Origin: Candidatus Fraserbacteria bacterium | GTDB lineage: Bacteria > Bipolaricaulota > Bipolaricaulia > RBG-16-55-9 > DRXL01 | Assembly: GCA_037440025.1 (NCBI GenBank) | Contig: JBBIUX010000002.1 | Location: 82,975-146,974, forward strand | Direction of reading: 5' to 3' | Length of the DNA stretch: 64,000 nt | Part shown: piece after piece, positions 1 through 10,664 of the stretch | Position numbering within the stretch: position 1 is the stretch's first letter | How the letters are laid out: every line of letters begins with the position of its first letter | Program-made: the position numbers and the translations under genes | The notes under the pieces: generated by a model | Database searches by the model: none | What the model saw: the letters and a program-made list of their open reading frames with translations, nothing else | Told to the model about the DNA's origin: nothing

Positions 1-422
1 AGCTGCTTATCGGGGCTTGCCAGCGTGATCTCCGTCTGATCTTTGATCTCGGCGGTGACGCTGTTGGGAAGCGTATAAGTCACTGGATCGTGAAAACCAA
101 TCTCCAAAATCAAATCTTTCCCCTGTAACTTCGCACGATATCCCAAGCCTACCAACTGAAGCACTTTGGTGTAGGGCTGCTGCACGCCTTTGACCATATT
201 GGCCAGCAGAGCTCTGTACAACCCGTGCCGCGCCTTAAATGCTTTCTCTTCACCCTTGCGTGTGACAACCATTGTGCCGTCACTCATGTGCACGCTCACA
301 TACTGAGATTCATAGTGTTGCACGAGTTTGCCTGCCTTGCCCTCGACAACAACACGATCCGGCTGGATCGTCACCTTGACGTCCTTGGGCACCGTGATTG
401 GCTGCTTTCCGATTCTGGACAT
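1..422 (-). CDS. rplF: 50S ribosomal protein L6 (start at 422; C-terminus cut by window edge)
   Basis: Minus-strand translation from ATG at 422 gives MSRIGKQPITVPKDVKVTIQPDRVVVEGKAGKL..., typical of L6. It lies directly downstream of rpsH in spc order. Confidence 0.85.
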   Translation of the reverse strand, partial: MSRIGKQPITVPKDVKVTIQPDRVVVEGKAGKLVQHYESQYVSVHMSDGTMVVTRKGEEKAFKARHGLYRALLANMVKGVQQPYTKVLQLVGLGYRAKLQGKDLILEIGFHDPVTYTLPNSVTAEIKDQTEITLASPDKQ

Positions 423-432
423 GTAACTCCTC

Positions 433-825
433 CTACCACACGTGACAGAGTAGCTCCCCACCGACGTGCTGTTCGCGTGCCTGCTTTCCCGTCAACACCC
501 CTTGCGAGGTGCTCAAAATAGCTACTCCTAAGCCACCGCGCACTCTGGGAATCTCGTCTGCCCCTATGTAAGCACGCTGTCCCGGCTTCGATACCCGTTC
601 CAATCCCTCGATCACCGGGTCCTTCTCGCGTTTCCCCTTGTACTTCATCACGATGACCAGATCGCGCTTCTTCTCCCCCTCGATACGATAGTCTTCAATA
701 AAACCCTCTTTCTTCAAGACGCGGGCGATCTCCGCTTTAATATTCGAGTGCGGAACGTGTACCTGGCTCAGGCAACGCGCGTTTGCGTTGCGAATGGCCG
801 TCAGCATATCGCCAATGGTATCCAT
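433..825 (-). CDS. rpsH: 30S ribosomal protein S8
   Basis: ORF product MDTIGDMLTAIRNA...GGELLCHVW matches the S8 family end to end. Spc-operon context. Confidence 0.93.
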   Translation of the reverse strand: MDTIGDMLTAIRNANARCLSQVHVPHSNIKAEIARVLKKEGFIEDYRIEGEKKRDLVIVMKYKGKREKDPVIEGLERVSKPGQRAYIGADEIPRVRGGLGVAILSTSQGVLTGKQAREQHVGGELLCHVW

Positions 826-849
826 AAAGCTCCCTCTTGTATGATGCTC

Positions 850-1035
850 TTACCAGCTGGCCTTCCGGACGCCGGGAAGCTCGCCCCGGTGCGCCAGCGC
901 GCGAAAACAGAGCCGGCAGAGCCCGAAATCCCGAAGAAAACCGCGACGACGCCCACACAGGCTACATCGGTTGTACCGACGCGCTGAAAATTTGGGCGGT
1001 CTCGCCAGTCGCGCCTTCCATGCCGTCTTTCCCAT
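850..1035 (-). CDS. rpsN: 30S ribosomal protein S14 type Z (zinc-ribbon form)
   Basis: 61-aa product with CxxC...CxxC (CSLCGRR...CRLCFR) and C-terminal [11 protein letters not shown], the type-Z S14 signature. Start is likely at MGKTAW (1035). It lies between rplE and rpsH. Confidence 0.85.
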   Translation of the reverse strand: MGKTAWKARLARPPKFSARRYNRCSLCGRRRGFLRDFGLCRLCFRALAHRGELPGVRKASW

Positions 1036-1055
1036 GTACATCCTCCTACGCCTTT

Positions 1056-1586
1056 CTAGTCTTTGAATGGCATCCCCAGGGCTTTGAGCAGATAGTAGCC
1101 TTCGCGATCCGTGTGAGCGTTCGTCACAATACAGATATCCATGCCTTGGACTTTGGCAATCTGGTCGTACTTGATCTCCGGGAAGACCAGCTGATCGTTC
1201 AAGCCCAGTGAGAAATTCCCGCGCCCATCGAACGAATCAGCGCTCACCCCCCGGAAGTCACGGATCGCCGGCAATACGATATTCACAAGTTTCTCCAAAA
1301 ACGCATATGCCCGACTCCCCCGCAGCGTTACCATGCACCCTACGGGGTCGCCTTTGGTGATCCCGAAATCTGAAATGCTCTTCTTCGCTTTCGTGATCAC
1401 CGGGCGCTGCCCAGCGATGTGCATCAAATCCTTCACGCAACCCTCGATTTTCTTGGGATCATCCTTCTCCTTGATGCCCATATTAATAACAATCTTCTGC
1501 ACCCTGGGAACCTGCATGACGTTCTTATAGTTCAGCTCTTTCATCAGCCTGGGCACGATCTCCTTTCGATAGCGTTCGTATAGCAT
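1056..1586 (-). CDS. rplE: 50S ribosomal protein L5
   Basis: 176 aa, [37 protein letters not shown]..., the L5 family. Confidence 0.93.
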   Translation of the reverse strand: MLYERYRKEIVPRLMKELNYKNVMQVPRVQKIVINMGIKEKDDPKKIEGCVKDLMHIAGQRPVITKAKKSISDFGITKGDPVGCMVTLRGSRAYAFLEKLVNIVLPAIRDFRGVSADSFDGRGNFSLGLNDQLVFPEIKYDQIAKVQGMDICIVTNAHTDREGYYLLKALGMPFKD

Positions 1587-1599
1587 TGCCAGTCACCAC

Positions 1600-1914
1600 T
1601 CAGTCAAAAGTCTTCTTACACTGCTTGCATTGGCGAAGTTTCTCGCCGGCTTCGCTGACCACAAAACCGACGCGTGTTGGGCGATCGCATTCTGGGCAGA
1701 CCAGCAGGACATTGGAGAGCGCCAGAGTGCCTTCTTGTTGTACGATACCGCCTTCACGATGTTTCGCCGAGGGCCGCAGATGTCGCGTGATCATCTGCAC
1801 GCCTTTCACGACAATTCTATGCTCTTTGGGAAAGACCTGCAAGACTGTGCCTACTCTGCCGCGGTCATTGCCGGTAATAACCCGCACTGTGTCGCCCTTA
1901 CGAATTTTATGCAT
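1600..1914 (-). CDS. rplX: 50S ribosomal protein L24 (Cys4 variant)
   Basis: 104 aa with the KOW motif (KGDTVRVITGNDRGRVGTV). The C-terminal region carries CPEC...CKQC. Confidence 0.9.
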   Translation of the reverse strand: MHKIRKGDTVRVITGNDRGRVGTVLQVFPKEHRIVVKGVQMITRHLRPSAKHREGGIVQQEGTLALSNVLLVCPECDRPTRVGFVVSEAGEKLRQCKQCKKTFD

Positions 1915-2282
1915 CAGAGCACCTCCGGTGCGAGCGAGAGAATACGCACCATGCCTTTCTCGCGCAGCTCGCGAGGCACCGGGCCAAAGATACGCGTTCC
2001 CAGCGGTTCCTTCGTGGCATTGATCAAGACAACAGCATTATCATCAAAGCGGATATAACTTCCGTCTTCGCGACGGTAGGGTTGGCGGGTGCGCACGATG
2101 ACGCCTTTGACGACCTCCCCTTTGTCGATCTCACTGGTCGGAATGCGCTTCTGCACGGAAGCAACGACAATATCGCCGATCTGGCCCCAGGCCGCGCTGG
2201 GTTGCCCCATCACATTGATCACCCGCACTTCCTTTACACCGGAGTTGTCCGCAACTTTCAAGATGCTGCGAATTTGAATCAT
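1914..2282 (-). CDS. rplN: 50S ribosomal protein L14
   Basis: Real start is the internal [18 protein letters not shown]... (ATG at 2282), 122 aa ending EVL. The ORF-track N-extension is rejected. ATGA overlap with rpsQ. Confidence 0.92.
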   Translation of the reverse strand: MIQIRSILKVADNSGVKEVRVINVMGQPSAAWGQIGDIVVASVQKRIPTSEIDKGEVVKGVIVRTRQPYRREDGSYIRFDDNAVVLINATKEPLGTRIFGPVPRELREKGMVRILSLAPEVL

Positions 2283-2551
2283 TGCGCTCTCCTTTGCCCT
2301 AAACTGGGGCGGGCGCGCTCCAACACTTCCGCTAAGCGCCACCGTTTGAGCCGTGAGAGCGGACGACATTCGACGATTCTCACCAGGTCGCCCTGCTTGG
2401 CTTGTTCTTGCTCGTCGTGCGCGTAGAACTTCGCTCGTTTCATATAATACTTTTTATAGAGCGGGTGCTGCACGCGCGTTTCGACAAGCACCGTGATCGT
2501 CTTTTGCATCTTGTCGCTCACCACTCGTCCGATTTTCTCTTTCTTCGGCAT
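2279..2551 (-). CDS. rpsQ: 30S ribosomal protein S17
   Basis: [35 protein letters not shown]..., the S17 family. GAGGG lies 8 nt upstream of ATG 2551. An alternative start at 2566 overlaps rpmC. Confidence 0.88.
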   Translation of the reverse strand: MPKKEKIGRVVSDKMQKTITVLVETRVQHPLYKKYYMKRAKFYAHDEQEQAKQGDLVRIVECRPLSRLKRWRLAEVLERARPSLGQRRAQ

Positions 2552-2562
2552 AGTTCTCGCCC

Positions 2563-2766
2563 TCACTCAGTGCTCTTCAGCTGGCGTGCGCGCAGAATCG
2601 TCTTGACTCGGGCAATCTGCCGTTTTGTCTGATTCAGTAGTGCCGTGTTGTCCTGCTGCCCGGTCGAGATGGCGAAGCGCGCATTGAAGAGCTGACGCTT
2701 CAGTTCTCGTTCTTTCTGCTGGAGTTCCGCATCGGTCATCTCACGCAATTGCTCCATATTTTCCAT
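2563..2766 (-). CDS. rpmC: 50S ribosomal protein L29
   Basis: 67 aa, ...[27 protein letters not shown]..., the L29 family. Confidence 0.88.
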   Translation of the reverse strand: MENMEQLREMTDAELQQKERELKRQLFNARFAISTGQQDNTALLNQTKRQIARVKTILRARQLKSTE

Positions 2767-2768
2767 AC

Positions 2769-3200
2769 TTAACGCTCCCCGCCCAACCTCAGACGCTCCC
2801 GCAGGCGCGTCTTGATGGGCAGCTTATACCCAACCAGCTTCTGAATCTGTTGCGCTTTGGCGCGATGTACCCCGCTGATCTCAAAGAGAATCCGCCCCGG
2901 CAACACGACAGCGCACCAGCCCACCGGGTCCCCCTTCCCCTTGCCCATGCGCGTCTCTGCAGGCTTCTTCGTCATGGGCTTATCGGGAAAGATGCGCACC
3001 CAGATTTTTGAGTTTTTCTCCAGTTCGCGCACCATCACGGTTCGACATGACTCGATCTGCTGGGCCGTGATCCACGCGGGCTCCAGCGCTTGAATGCCAA
3101 ACTCCCCAAAAGCCACCTGAGAGCCGCGAATGGCCTTGCCCTTGCGATTGCCGCGATGGTCTTTTCTAAACTTGCGCTGCTTGGGCGCCAGTAACGCCAC
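2769..3200 (-). CDS. rplP: 50S ribosomal protein L16
   Basis: ...[37 protein letters not shown]..., the L16 family. Probable GTG start at 3200 (V5 of the track ORF) gives (M)[12 protein letters not shown]. It overlaps the rpsC 3' end. The exact start is uncertain. Confidence 0.85.
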   Translation of the reverse strand: MALLAPKQRKFRKDHRGNRKGKAIRGSQVAFGEFGIQALEPAWITAQQIESCRTVMVRELEKNSKIWVRIFPDKPMTKKPAETRMGKGKGDPVGWCAVVLPGRILFEISGVHRAKAQQIQKLVGYKLPIKTRLRERLRLGGER

Positions 3201-3846
3201 GGGCCTCACCACCTCGTGCCGGGTAAATGTCTCCGCGATAGAGCCAGACTTTGATCCCGATCATGCCGTACTTTGTCAGTGCTTCGGCCAATCCATAGTC
3301 AATATCAGCGCGGATCGTTTGTAGGGGAACCCGCCCGGCTTTGGTCTCAATCGAGCGAGCGATCTCGGCCCCGCCCAGGCGACCACCACACCGGATTTTG
3401 ACACCCTTGGCGCCATGTTCCATGACCCGCTGGGTCACTTCTTTCATGGCGCGTGGGGCTGGGATTCGGTTCTGTATCCGCGAAGCCACATCTTCAGCAA
3501 CCAAAATCGCCTCTAAGTCTGGGTGATCCACTTCTTTGATATATATCTTAACCTTGCGCGTGATCGCCTCTTCGAGTTCTCTTTGGAACTGGTCGATCTC
3601 TTGTCCTCCCTTGCCGATAATGATCCCCGGCCGAGCCGTATAAATCAAAATTGAAACCAATTCTTCTGTAGGGCGTTCAATGCTCACCTTGGCGATCCCT
3701 GCGCCGTGATAGCGCTTCTTAATCAAAGTCCGGATCTGCTGGTCCTCTTTAATATACTCCTGGGCTTTTTTCTCCGAGAACCAGTTCGACTTCCATTTCT
3801 TGTTGATTCCCAAGCGAATTCCGTATGGATGCGTCTTGTGTCCCAT
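3166..3846 (-). CDS. rpsC: 30S ribosomal protein S3
   Basis: 226 aa, [23 protein letters not shown]..., with KH and S3-C domains. Confidence 0.93.
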   Translation of the reverse strand: MGHKTHPYGIRLGINKKWKSNWFSEKKAQEYIKEDQQIRTLIKKRYHGAGIAKVSIERPTEELVSILIYTARPGIIIGKGGQEIDQFQRELEEAITRKVKIYIKEVDHPDLEAILVAEDVASRIQNRIPAPRAMKEVTQRVMEHGAKGVKIRCGGRLGGAEIARSIETKAGRVPLQTIRADIDYGLAEALTKYGMIGIKVWLYRGDIYPARGGEARGVTGAQAAQV

Positions 3847-3848
3847 AG

Positions 3849-4262
3849 TTATGCTGTCGTTTCACCTTCCTGTTCCCGGTTCTTTCGTGGCTGGCCGTCC
3901 TTGGGCAGGGGATCATCACAGACGACAATCGTGATGTGGCTCGTTCGCCGTTTGCGAATAGACATCTTCCCGCGCGAGCCCGCTCGCAAACGCTTCATCA
4001 CAGGTCCTTGGTCCACGCGGGCTTCTTTGACCCACAGTGTGTCAATGTTCATTTCGTAATTATGCTCCGCGTTAGCAATCGCCGACTCCAAGCACTTGCG
4101 CACGGGTACAGCGGCTTTCACGGGAGCGAAGCGCGCCAATTGCAACGCCTCGTCCACGTGCTTGCCCTGGAGCTCGCTCGTCAAAAGACGTGCCTTCATC
4201 GGCGAGATCCGGATCCACTTCGCGACTGCTTTCGCTTCCATGGTATTTGCCTCCGTCGTCAA
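3849..4262 (-). CDS. rplV: 50S ribosomal protein L22
   Basis: 137 aa, ...EAKAVAKWIRISPMKARLLTSELQGKHVDEAL..., the L22 family. The start could be the internal MEAKAV. Confidence 0.9.
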   Translation of the reverse strand: MTTEANTMEAKAVAKWIRISPMKARLLTSELQGKHVDEALQLARFAPVKAAVPVRKCLESAIANAEHNYEMNIDTLWVKEARVDQGPVMKRLRAGSRGKMSIRKRRTSHITIVVCDDPLPKDGQPRKNREQEGETTA

Positions 4263-4267
4263 ACAGC

Positions 4268-4552
4268 TTACTTGAGCTGTGGAGCCTTCTTTTTCTTGAT
4301 GCCACCGTGCGCCTTAAACGTGCGCGTCAAGGCAAACTCTCCCAGACGATGCCCCACCATTGTCTCGACAATCGAGACCGGGATGTGCGTCTTGCCGTTA
4401 TGCACTTTAATTGTCAAGCCGACCATCTGCGGGGTGATCATGCTGGCGCGTGACCACGTCTTAATCTCTGACAATTCTCCGCGCTTCATCTTTTCGACTT
4501 TTTGTAGTAATTTCGGGTGCACAAACGGCCCCTTCTTTAAAGATCGAGCCAT
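4268..4552 (-). CDS. rpsS: 30S ribosomal protein S19
   Basis: [22 protein letters not shown]...HGGIKKKK, the S19 family. Confidence 0.93.
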   Translation of the reverse strand: MARSLKKGPFVHPKLLQKVEKMKRGELSEIKTWSRASMITPQMVGLTIKVHNGKTHIPVSIVETMVGHRLGEFALTRTFKAHGGIKKKKAPQLK

Positions 4553-4553
4553 A

Positions 4554-5390
4554 TCAAGCCCTCCCCCTTTTGCGCCGCGAGACGATCAACTTATCACTGG
4601 GCTTATTGGGTCTGCGCGTCCTGACACCCTTCGCCGGCTTTCCGGAGAAAGTGCGCGGAGGTCCACCGACGTAATGCCGGCCTTCCCCGCCGCCGTGTGG
4701 GTGATCTACCGGGTTCATCGCGGTGCCGCGCACCGTCGGGCGAATGCCCAGATGGCGCACGCGTCCAGCTTTGCCATGCACCACGTGTTTATGATCGATA
4801 TTGCCCACCTGCCCTACCGTGGCCATGCACTCTTCCTGGAAGAGCCGAATCTCCCCTGAAGGCAATCTCAAGCGGGCATACCCGCCCTCAACAGCCATCA
4901 GCTGACAAGCTGTGCCCGCCGAACGAGCCAATTTGCCTCCGGTGCCGGGCGAGAATTCCACACAATGCACTATAGCCCCGACGGGGATTTTCTTCAGAGG
5001 GAGCGCGTTGCCGACTCTGGCCTCAATATGCTCTCCAGCCTCAATGATCGAGCCTACTTCCAGATTCAGCGGCGAGAGCATATAGCGCTTCTCCCCGTCG
5101 GCATAGTGCAGCAGCGTGATCCACGCCGAGCGATTTGGATCGTATTCCTTGGAGATCACTTTCGCGGGGACGCCGAACTTGCCGCGGGCGAAGTCAATAA
5201 TTCTGTACATACGTTTGTGGCCACCACCGCGGTGACGCACGGTGACCCGCCCTTGATTGTTGCGGCCACCGGTCTTTCGCAATGGTTCTAGCAGGCTCTT
5301 CTCTGGCTCTCTTTGGGTCAGCTCGCTGAAATCAGGCAGCTCCATATGTCTGCGGCTTGGCGTGATCGGCCTGAATTTTCGTGTTGGCAT
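4554..5390 (-). CDS. rplB: 50S ribosomal protein L2
   Basis: 278 aa, ...[25 protein letters not shown]...HPHGGGEG..., L2 signatures. Confidence 0.95.
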   Translation of the reverse strand: MPTRKFRPITPSRRHMELPDFSELTQREPEKSLLEPLRKTGGRNNQGRVTVRHRGGGHKRMYRIIDFARGKFGVPAKVISKEYDPNRSAWITLLHYADGEKRYMLSPLNLEVGSIIEAGEHIEARVGNALPLKKIPVGAIVHCVEFSPGTGGKLARSAGTACQLMAVEGGYARLRLPSGEIRLFQEECMATVGQVGNIDHKHVVHGKAGRVRHLGIRPTVRGTAMNPVDHPHGGGEGRHYVGGPPRTFSGKPAKGVRTRRPNKPSDKLIVSRRKRGRA

Positions 5391-5402
5391 CTCTTCTCTC
5401 TC

Positions 5403-5687
5403 CTACTTGTAGACTTCGATGCGCTGTCCCTCGGCAACTTGTACGATCGCCTTCTTCCAGCCCGGGAGCTGCCCCTGCTGGTAGAATTTCTTCTTCCGCG
5501 GCTTGCTGGGCATGTTCAGCGCCCACACTTTGAGCACCTGCACTTTAAAGATATTTTCAACGGCACGCTTGATTTGCGTTTTATTCGCCTTGGGATGCAC
5601 AGCAAAGACATACTTGTTCTCTTCTTGCAGTCGCCAGCCCTTCTCGCTGACGACCGGCTCGCGCAGTATATCTTCAAGAAAGACCAT
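5403..5687 (-). CDS. rplW: 50S ribosomal protein L23
   Basis: 94 aa, MVFLEDILREPVVSEKGWRLQEENKYVFAVHPKANKTQIKRAVE..., the L23 family. Confidence 0.9.
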   Translation of the reverse strand: MVFLEDILREPVVSEKGWRLQEENKYVFAVHPKANKTQIKRAVENIFKVQVLKVWALNMPSKPRKKKFYQQGQLPGWKKAIVQVAEGQRIEVYK

Positions 5688-5688
5688 A

Positions 5689-6405
5689 TCAGTTCACCGC
5701 CCCGTCAACGGCACAACGGGCTTCCAGTTCGCTCAAGGCTCGCTGCGTCACTAACAGTTGCCCATACTTCAAAATATCGTACACTGTGAGGCTGCCCGAC
5801 TCCACACACTTGGCCCAGGGCAGGTTCGAAAAAGTCTTCTTCACGGGGAGTCCATACTCTTGCCGCGAGACCACCAACAATATCTGGCTCTTGGCTTTCT
5901 CCTCGCTCTTGGGAAAGCCCATTCTTGCTAGCATTTGAACGCCTTCTTTGGTCTTGGGTCTCTCAAACGCCACACGGTCCAACACTCCGAACTGCGATTC
6001 TTGGAGTTTGGCCAGCAAGGCAGATTGCAAAGCGCGACGGCGCATCTTTTTCGGCAACCCATAGTCGTATTCTTTTGGTCTAGGCCCAAAGGTAACACCG
6101 CCTTTGCGCCAGATGGGGGACCGTCGCATACCATGACGGGCTCGTCCCGTGTGCTTTTGCGGCCACGGCTTTTTGCCCGAGCCCATTACCTCGCCGCGGG
6201 TCTTGGTCGAATGCGTCCCTTGGCGAAGGTTCATCAGATAGGTGCGCACCGCCCGATAGAGCAGATCTTTATTGACTTTGTAGCCAACGAGCTTCCCGCT
6301 CAGCTCGATCTGGCCTGGGGGACTGCCGTCGAACTTATATAACGGTGCGACGAGCTTCGCTGTCGGCACGCTCTTCTGTGTTTTCGTTCCAGCCATATAC
6401 TTCAC
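5689..6405 (-). CDS. rplD: 50S ribosomal protein L4
   Basis: ...GSGKKPWPQKHTGRARHGMRRSPIWRKGGVTFGPRP..., the L4 family. The start could be MAGTK (6396). Confidence 0.9.
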   Translation of the reverse strand: MKYMAGTKTQKSVPTAKLVAPLYKFDGSPPGQIELSGKLVGYKVNKDLLYRAVRTYLMNLRQGTHSTKTRGEVMGSGKKPWPQKHTGRARHGMRRSPIWRKGGVTFGPRPKEYDYGLPKKMRRRALQSALLAKLQESQFGVLDRVAFERPKTKEGVQMLARMGFPKSEEKAKSQILLVVSRQEYGLPVKKTFSNLPWAKCVESGSLTVYDILKYGQLLVTQRALSELEARCAVDGAVN

Positions 6406-6408
6406 CCT

Positions 6409-7035
6409 CTACGAGGCTTTGCGAATTTCTAAGAGACTGCGACGTGGACCAGGGACGGCCCCTTGTACGACGATCAAGTTCTTCTCAGGGTAGACTTTCA
6501 ATACTTTGAGATTTTTCACCGTCACTCGTTCGTGGCCCATATGCCCGGCCATACGCCACCCCTTGAACGTGCGCCCCGTGGCGCGCACGCTGCCGATGGT
6601 GCCGGGGCGTCGGTGCCATTTGCTCATGCCGTGGGAGTCCGGGCCGCCCGAAAAGTCATGGCGCTTCATGACGCCAGCAAATCCCTTGCCTTTAGAAACG
6701 CCGCTCACGTGCACCAGCTCGCCCTCTTGGAAGAGGGCAACGCTCAACTCTTGCCCGACCTTGAACTCCTCAACCTTCGCGACACGGAACTCCCGCAGGG
6801 TGCGCTTAGAAGGGAGACCAGCTTTGTTGAAATGCCCTTTCAAAGATTTCGTGACGTTCTTCTCTTTAATCGTACCATAACCAATCTGGATCGCGCTGTA
6901 ACCGTCGCTCTCCTTGGCCTTAATCTGGGTGATCACCGACGGTTCGGCATAGAGCACTGTCGCGGCCAGTGCTCTTCCACCGGTATCGAACCAGGCTATC
7001 ATTCCGGCTTTCTCGCCCAGAATCCCCAAAGCCAT
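6409..7035 (-). CDS. rplC: 50S ribosomal protein L3
   Basis: 208 aa, [20 protein letters not shown]...FKGWRMAGHMGHERVTVKNLKV..., the L3 family. Confidence 0.93.
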   Translation of the reverse strand: MALGILGEKAGMIAWFDTGGRALAATVLYAEPSVITQIKAKESDGYSAIQIGYGTIKEKNVTKSLKGHFNKAGLPSKRTLREFRVAKVEEFKVGQELSVALFQEGELVHVSGVSKGKGFAGVMKRHDFSGGPDSHGMSKWHRRPGTIGSVRATGRTFKGWRMAGHMGHERVTVKNLKVLKVYPEKNLIVVQGAVPGPRRSLLEIRKAS

Positions 7036-7343
7036 TACAGCTTCACCTCAATATCTATGCCCGCAGGCAACTCTATGTCCATCAAAGCATTAATCGTTTC
7101 TGAGGTCGGCTCTTTAATGTCAATCAATCTCTTATGGACGCGGCGTTCAAAATGCTCCATAGATTTTTTGTTGACATGGGGTGAGCGCAGGACCGTATAG
7201 CGATGCACTTCCGTCGGCAACGGCACCGGGCCAATAATCTTGGCTCGCGTCTCCTGCGCGGTCTTGACAATGCGTCGGGTAGCGTCGTCGACCAGCTCGT
7301 GATCGTAGCCTTTTAAGCGAATGCGGATCTTCTCTCGAGCCAT
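7035..7343 (-). CDS. rpsJ: 30S ribosomal protein S10
   Basis: 102 aa, [44 protein letters not shown]..., the S10 family. Its start overlaps the fusA stop. Confidence 0.93.
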   Translation of the reverse strand: MAREKIRIRLKGYDHELVDDATRRIVKTAQETRAKIIGPVPLPTEVHRYTVLRSPHVNKKSMEHFERRVHKRLIDIKEPTSETINALMDIELPAGIDIEVKL

Positions 7344-9436
7344 TACTTTCTCCCCTTCAGTATTTCTTCTTTCATAGTGTTAGGCACGACGTCGTAGTGC
7401 GAGAAACGCAAATTATATGTCGCCCGGCCTTGGGAGATCGAGCGCAATTGTGTGGCATATCCAAATGTCTCGACCAACGGGATGAGCGCCCGAATGATCT
7501 GGGTATTATGACGGACTTCCATGGCTGTGATCTGCGCCCGGCGCGATTGCACGTCAGTAATGATCTCACCGACGTAGTCTTCCGGCGTGACGATCTCGCA
7601 GGCCATAATGGGTTCAAGCAAGTGTGTCGTGGTTTTCTCAAAAGCCTGGGTGAGGGCGCGTGCGGCAGCGGTCTTGAAGGCGATTTCGCTCGAATCTACA
7701 GGGTGCGACGAACCGTAGAACAACACCGCGCGCATATCAACAATAGGAAACCCTCCCAGGGGACCGCTTGCAAGCGATTCTTCCAATCCCTTCTGCACCG
7801 CCGGGATAAATTCTCTGGGGATGACGCCGCCCCTCACTTCATCCACAAACTCGAACCCGCTTCCCCTGGGGAGCGGCTCAAAGCGAATACAGACATGCGC
7901 ATACTGCCCGCGCCCACCCGTCTGTTTAACGAACTTCTCTTCGATCTCAACCGTCTCAGCGATCGTTTCGCGATAGGCGACTTGGGGACGCCCCATGTTC
8001 GCCTCTACCCGAAACTCGCGCTTGAGTCGGTCAAAGAGAATCTCCAGATGGAGTTCTCCCATGCCGGAGATGATCATTTGGTTGGTCTCGGCGTCTACTT
8101 TGTAGCGGAAGGTCGGGTCTTCTTGGGCGAGTTTATAGAGGGCCTCACCTAGTTTGCCTTCTTCGGCGTCGGTCTTTGGCTCGACGGCCGCAGTGACGAC
8201 GGGTTCGGGGAACTCAATCTTTTCTAGAACGATAGGAGCATGGGGATCACAAAGAGTGTCGCCGGTGGTCAGCTCTTTCGGGCCGACGATAGCGGCGATG
8301 TTTCCCGCAAGCACTTCATCTGCCTCTGTGCGCTTGTTGGCGTGCATATGAAAGATACGGGAGATGCGTTCGGTCTTGCCGGTGGTGCTGTTGAAGACAT
8401 GCGAGCCCTTGGTCAGCTTGCCGGAATAGACGCGCACGTAGACTAGCCTGCCTGTATACTCGTCAGTCTGGACCTTAAACGCGAGGCCTGTCAAGGGCTC
8501 ATCAGCCGTTGGGCGGCGCTGGATTCTCGCGCCATCGGCGCTGGCGCCGTTGACGCTCAGGCCTTCAATGATCCCGCGATCCAGAGGGTTTGGCAGATAG
8601 TCAATCACCGCATCCAAGAGAGGCTGAATCCCGATATTATTGAGCGAGGAGCCGCAGAGCACAGGCACGAACGCTTCCTCGGAAATACACGCCTTGCGAA
8701 CAGCTCGTTTGATCTCGTCTTCGGAGATGGGTTGCCCCTCCAGAAACTTCACTAATAAAGCTTCATCGGCTTCAGAGAGCGTTTCGAGAAGATTTTCGCG
8801 ATATTGATGGGCCAGCTCTTGATACTCCGCAGGGATTTCTTTGTATTCATAGTTGGCACCTTTAGAATCCTGGGCCCAAACGATCAGCTTCTGTTTGATA
8901 AGATCAATGACTCCCGCAAATTGATCGCCCTCACCATGGGGCAACTGTAATGGCAAGGGCGTGACTGCCAACTTCTGGACCATCGATTCGATGGCGGCTT
9001 TGAAGTCCGCACCGATCCGGTCCATTTTATTAATATATGCGATACGGGGTGTGGCGTACTTATCGGCCTGGCGCCAGACTTGCTCAGATTGCGGCTCGAC
9101 GCCGTCAACAGCAGAGAAGACCGTGATCGCTCCGTCTAAAACTCGCAACGAGCGTTCGACTTCTGCCGTAAAGTCTACGTGTCCAGGGGTGTCAATAATA
9201 TTAATTTGGTGATCGCGCCAGAAACACGTGGTGGCTGCGGAAGTGATGGTGATGCCGCGCTCGCGCTCCTGCAGCATCCAATCCATCTCGGTATCGCCCT
9301 CGTCCACGTCGCCGATATCGTGAATTCTCCCGGTGTAAAAGAGCAAGCGTTCCGTAGTGGTCGTCTTGCCCGCGTCAATGTGGGCGATGACTCCAATGTT
9401 CCTGATCTTTTCAATATCGTACCCGAGCGCTTTCAT
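7343..9436 (-). CDS. fusA: Elongation factor G
   Basis: 697 aa, ...[23 protein letters not shown]..., with the G domain and EF-G domains II-V. Located between rpsG and rpsJ. Confidence 0.95.
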   Translation of the reverse strand: MKALGYDIEKIRNIGVIAHIDAGKTTTTERLLFYTGRIHDIGDVDEGDTEMDWMLQERERGITITSAATTCFWRDHQINIIDTPGHVDFTAEVERSLRVLDGAITVFSAVDGVEPQSEQVWRQADKYATPRIAYINKMDRIGADFKAAIESMVQKLAVTPLPLQLPHGEGDQFAGVIDLIKQKLIVWAQDSKGANYEYKEIPAEYQELAHQYRENLLETLSEADEALLVKFLEGQPISEDEIKRAVRKACISEEAFVPVLCGSSLNNIGIQPLLDAVIDYLPNPLDRGIIEGLSVNGASADGARIQRRPTADEPLTGLAFKVQTDEYTGRLVYVRVYSGKLTKGSHVFNSTTGKTERISRIFHMHANKRTEADEVLAGNIAAIVGPKELTTGDTLCDPHAPIVLEKIEFPEPVVTAAVEPKTDAEEGKLGEALYKLAQEDPTFRYKVDAETNQMIISGMGELHLEILFDRLKREFRVEANMGRPQVAYRETIAETVEIEEKFVKQTGGRGQYAHVCIRFEPLPRGSGFEFVDEVRGGVIPREFIPAVQKGLEESLASGPLGGFPIVDMRAVLFYGSSHPVDSSEIAFKTAAARALTQAFEKTTTHLLEPIMACEIVTPEDYVGEIITDVQSRRAQITAMEVRHNTQIIRALIPLVETFGYATQLRSISQGRATYNLRFSHYDVVPNTMKEEILKGRK

Positions 9437-9461
9437 AGGAGATCAATCGTTCATTAGGAAT

Positions 9462-9941
9462 TTACCAGCGATAGTGAGCAAAGGGGCGATTGGCTTCAGC
9501 CATGCGGTGGGCTTCGTTCTTCTTTTCTATGGCCTTGCCCTGGTTTTTGAAGGCATCAAGCATCTCGGCCGCGAGCCGTTCCGCCGTATTCCGTTCGCCG
9601 CGCTCGCGCGCCGCGCCGACAAGCCAGCGCAGAGCCAATGTACGCTGGCGATCTTCCTCGACTTCGTACGGGACCTGATAAGCCGACCCCCCCACGCGCC
9701 GTGAGCGCGTTTCGAGCTTCGGCATACAGTTTCCTAGCGCTTTGAAGAAGACCTCAAGGGCATTCTCACCCGTCTTTTCTTGAACGATCTCAAAGGCGCG
9801 ATAGACAATCCGGCGCGCGACGGATTTCTTGCCCTCGCGCATCACGTAATTAATAAGCTTTTCGGTTAATAAACTCTGGTAACGCACATCCGGCAACACA
9901 GGTCGCCCAGGAATCGCCCGATCCATTACGTGTTGTGCCAT
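9462..9941 (-). CDS. rpsG: 30S ribosomal protein S7
   Basis: 159 aa, ...KLINYVMREGKKSVARRIVYRAFEIV..., the S7 family. Confidence 0.93.
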   Translation of the reverse strand: MAQHVMDRAIPGRPVLPDVRYQSLLTEKLINYVMREGKKSVARRIVYRAFEIVQEKTGENALEVFFKALGNCMPKLETRSRRVGGSAYQVPYEVEEDRQRTLALRWLVGAARERGERNTAERLAAEMLDAFKNQGKAIEKKNEAHRMAEANRPFAHYRW

Positions 9942-9958
9942 AAGCGATCAGTCCTCCA

Positions 9959-10357
9959 CTAGGCGCCGGCTGCTCCCGCAACCACTGCGCTCTTTTTGAC
10001 ACCGTACTTAGAGCGTCCGCGCTTGCGGCCCTCGACACCTGCCGAGTCCAGCGACCCTCGCACGATGTGATAGTTCACACCCGGCAGGTCTTTCACGCGT
10101 CCACCGCGCACGAGCACCATCGAGTGCTCTTGCAGATTATGGCCCTCGCCACCAATGTAAGCTGTGACTAAATGCTTGTTGCTCAGGCGCACGCGGGCTA
10201 CTTTCCGCAAGGCCGAGTTAGGCTTCTTCGGCGTCTTGGTGAAGACGCGCACGCAGACCCCGCGTTTCTGCGGACAGTGCTCCAGCGCCTGAGAGCGCCG
10301 ATTGATCTTCTTGATGGGCGTGCGCCCGTAGCGCACCAATTGATTCAGTGTCGGCAT
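9959..10357 (-). CDS. rpsL: 30S ribosomal protein S12
   Basis: [53 protein letters not shown]..., the S12 family. Start taken at ATG 10357. The track's 11-aa N-extension is rejected. Confidence 0.93.
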   Translation of the reverse strand: MPTLNQLVRYGRTPIKKINRRSQALEHCPQKRGVCVRVFTKTPKKPNSALRKVARVRLSNKHLVTAYIGGEGHNLQEHSMVLVRGGRVKDLPGVNYHIVRGSLDSAGVEGRKRGRSKYGVKKSAVVAGAAGA

Positions 10358-10516
10358 AGCTTTACAAAACTCCTTACTCGTTGTGCTCAACGTACAAACC
10401 CTGCAACACGACCGAATGCAAACCGTTGTGCTGCTGGCAACGTTGGAGATATGAGAGATCGTTCCAGCCGAAAGATAATAACTCTCTAGGGCAAAAGCCG
10501 ATCCCTGATGGGGGCT

Positions 10517-10545
10517 ATTATAAAATATGCAGCCCTTGCTGTCAA
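10517..10545 (-). promoter_or_regulatory. Near-consensus sigma70 promoter for the rpsL-rpsG-fusA-S10-spc transcript
   Basis: The minus strand reads TTGACA, then a 17-nt spacer, then TATAAT (plus-strand tgtcaa 10540-10545 and attata 10517-10522). It sits about 160 nt upstream of the rpsL start. Confidence 0.5.
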
Positions 10546-10561
10546 GAGATAGACTCTCTCT

Positions 10562-10590
10562 CTTGCAATTTGCCCTTTAGTGCGTTATGA
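10562..10590 (+). promoter_or_regulatory. Sigma70-like promoter for rplM
   Basis: TTGCAA (10562-10567), a 17-nt spacer, then TATGAT (10585-10590). AAGGAGGA RBS at 10654-10661. Confidence 0.5.
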
Positions 10591-10664
10591 TAGCACATTC
10601 ATCATATCTCTGCAAGTTATGTCGTGCGCGGGGTGCTACACTCAATGAACCTAAGGAGGAAATA

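Noticed and set aside
3936-4859. 307-aa plus-strand ORF
   Set aside because: It lies antisense across rplV, rpsS and rplB, which are confidently called. This is a typical long spurious ORF in the GC-rich antisense frame, with an Arg/Ala/Pro-rich low-complexity product.
6463-7200. 245-aa plus-strand ORF (also 6506..6880)
   Set aside because: Antisense to rplC and rpsJ. No family resemblance.
7397-8152. 251-aa plus-strand ORF and other ORFs inside the fusA span (7372..7641, 8154..8446, 8884..9414)
   Set aside because: All lie inside or antisense to the EF-G coding sequence. They are GC-frame artefacts.
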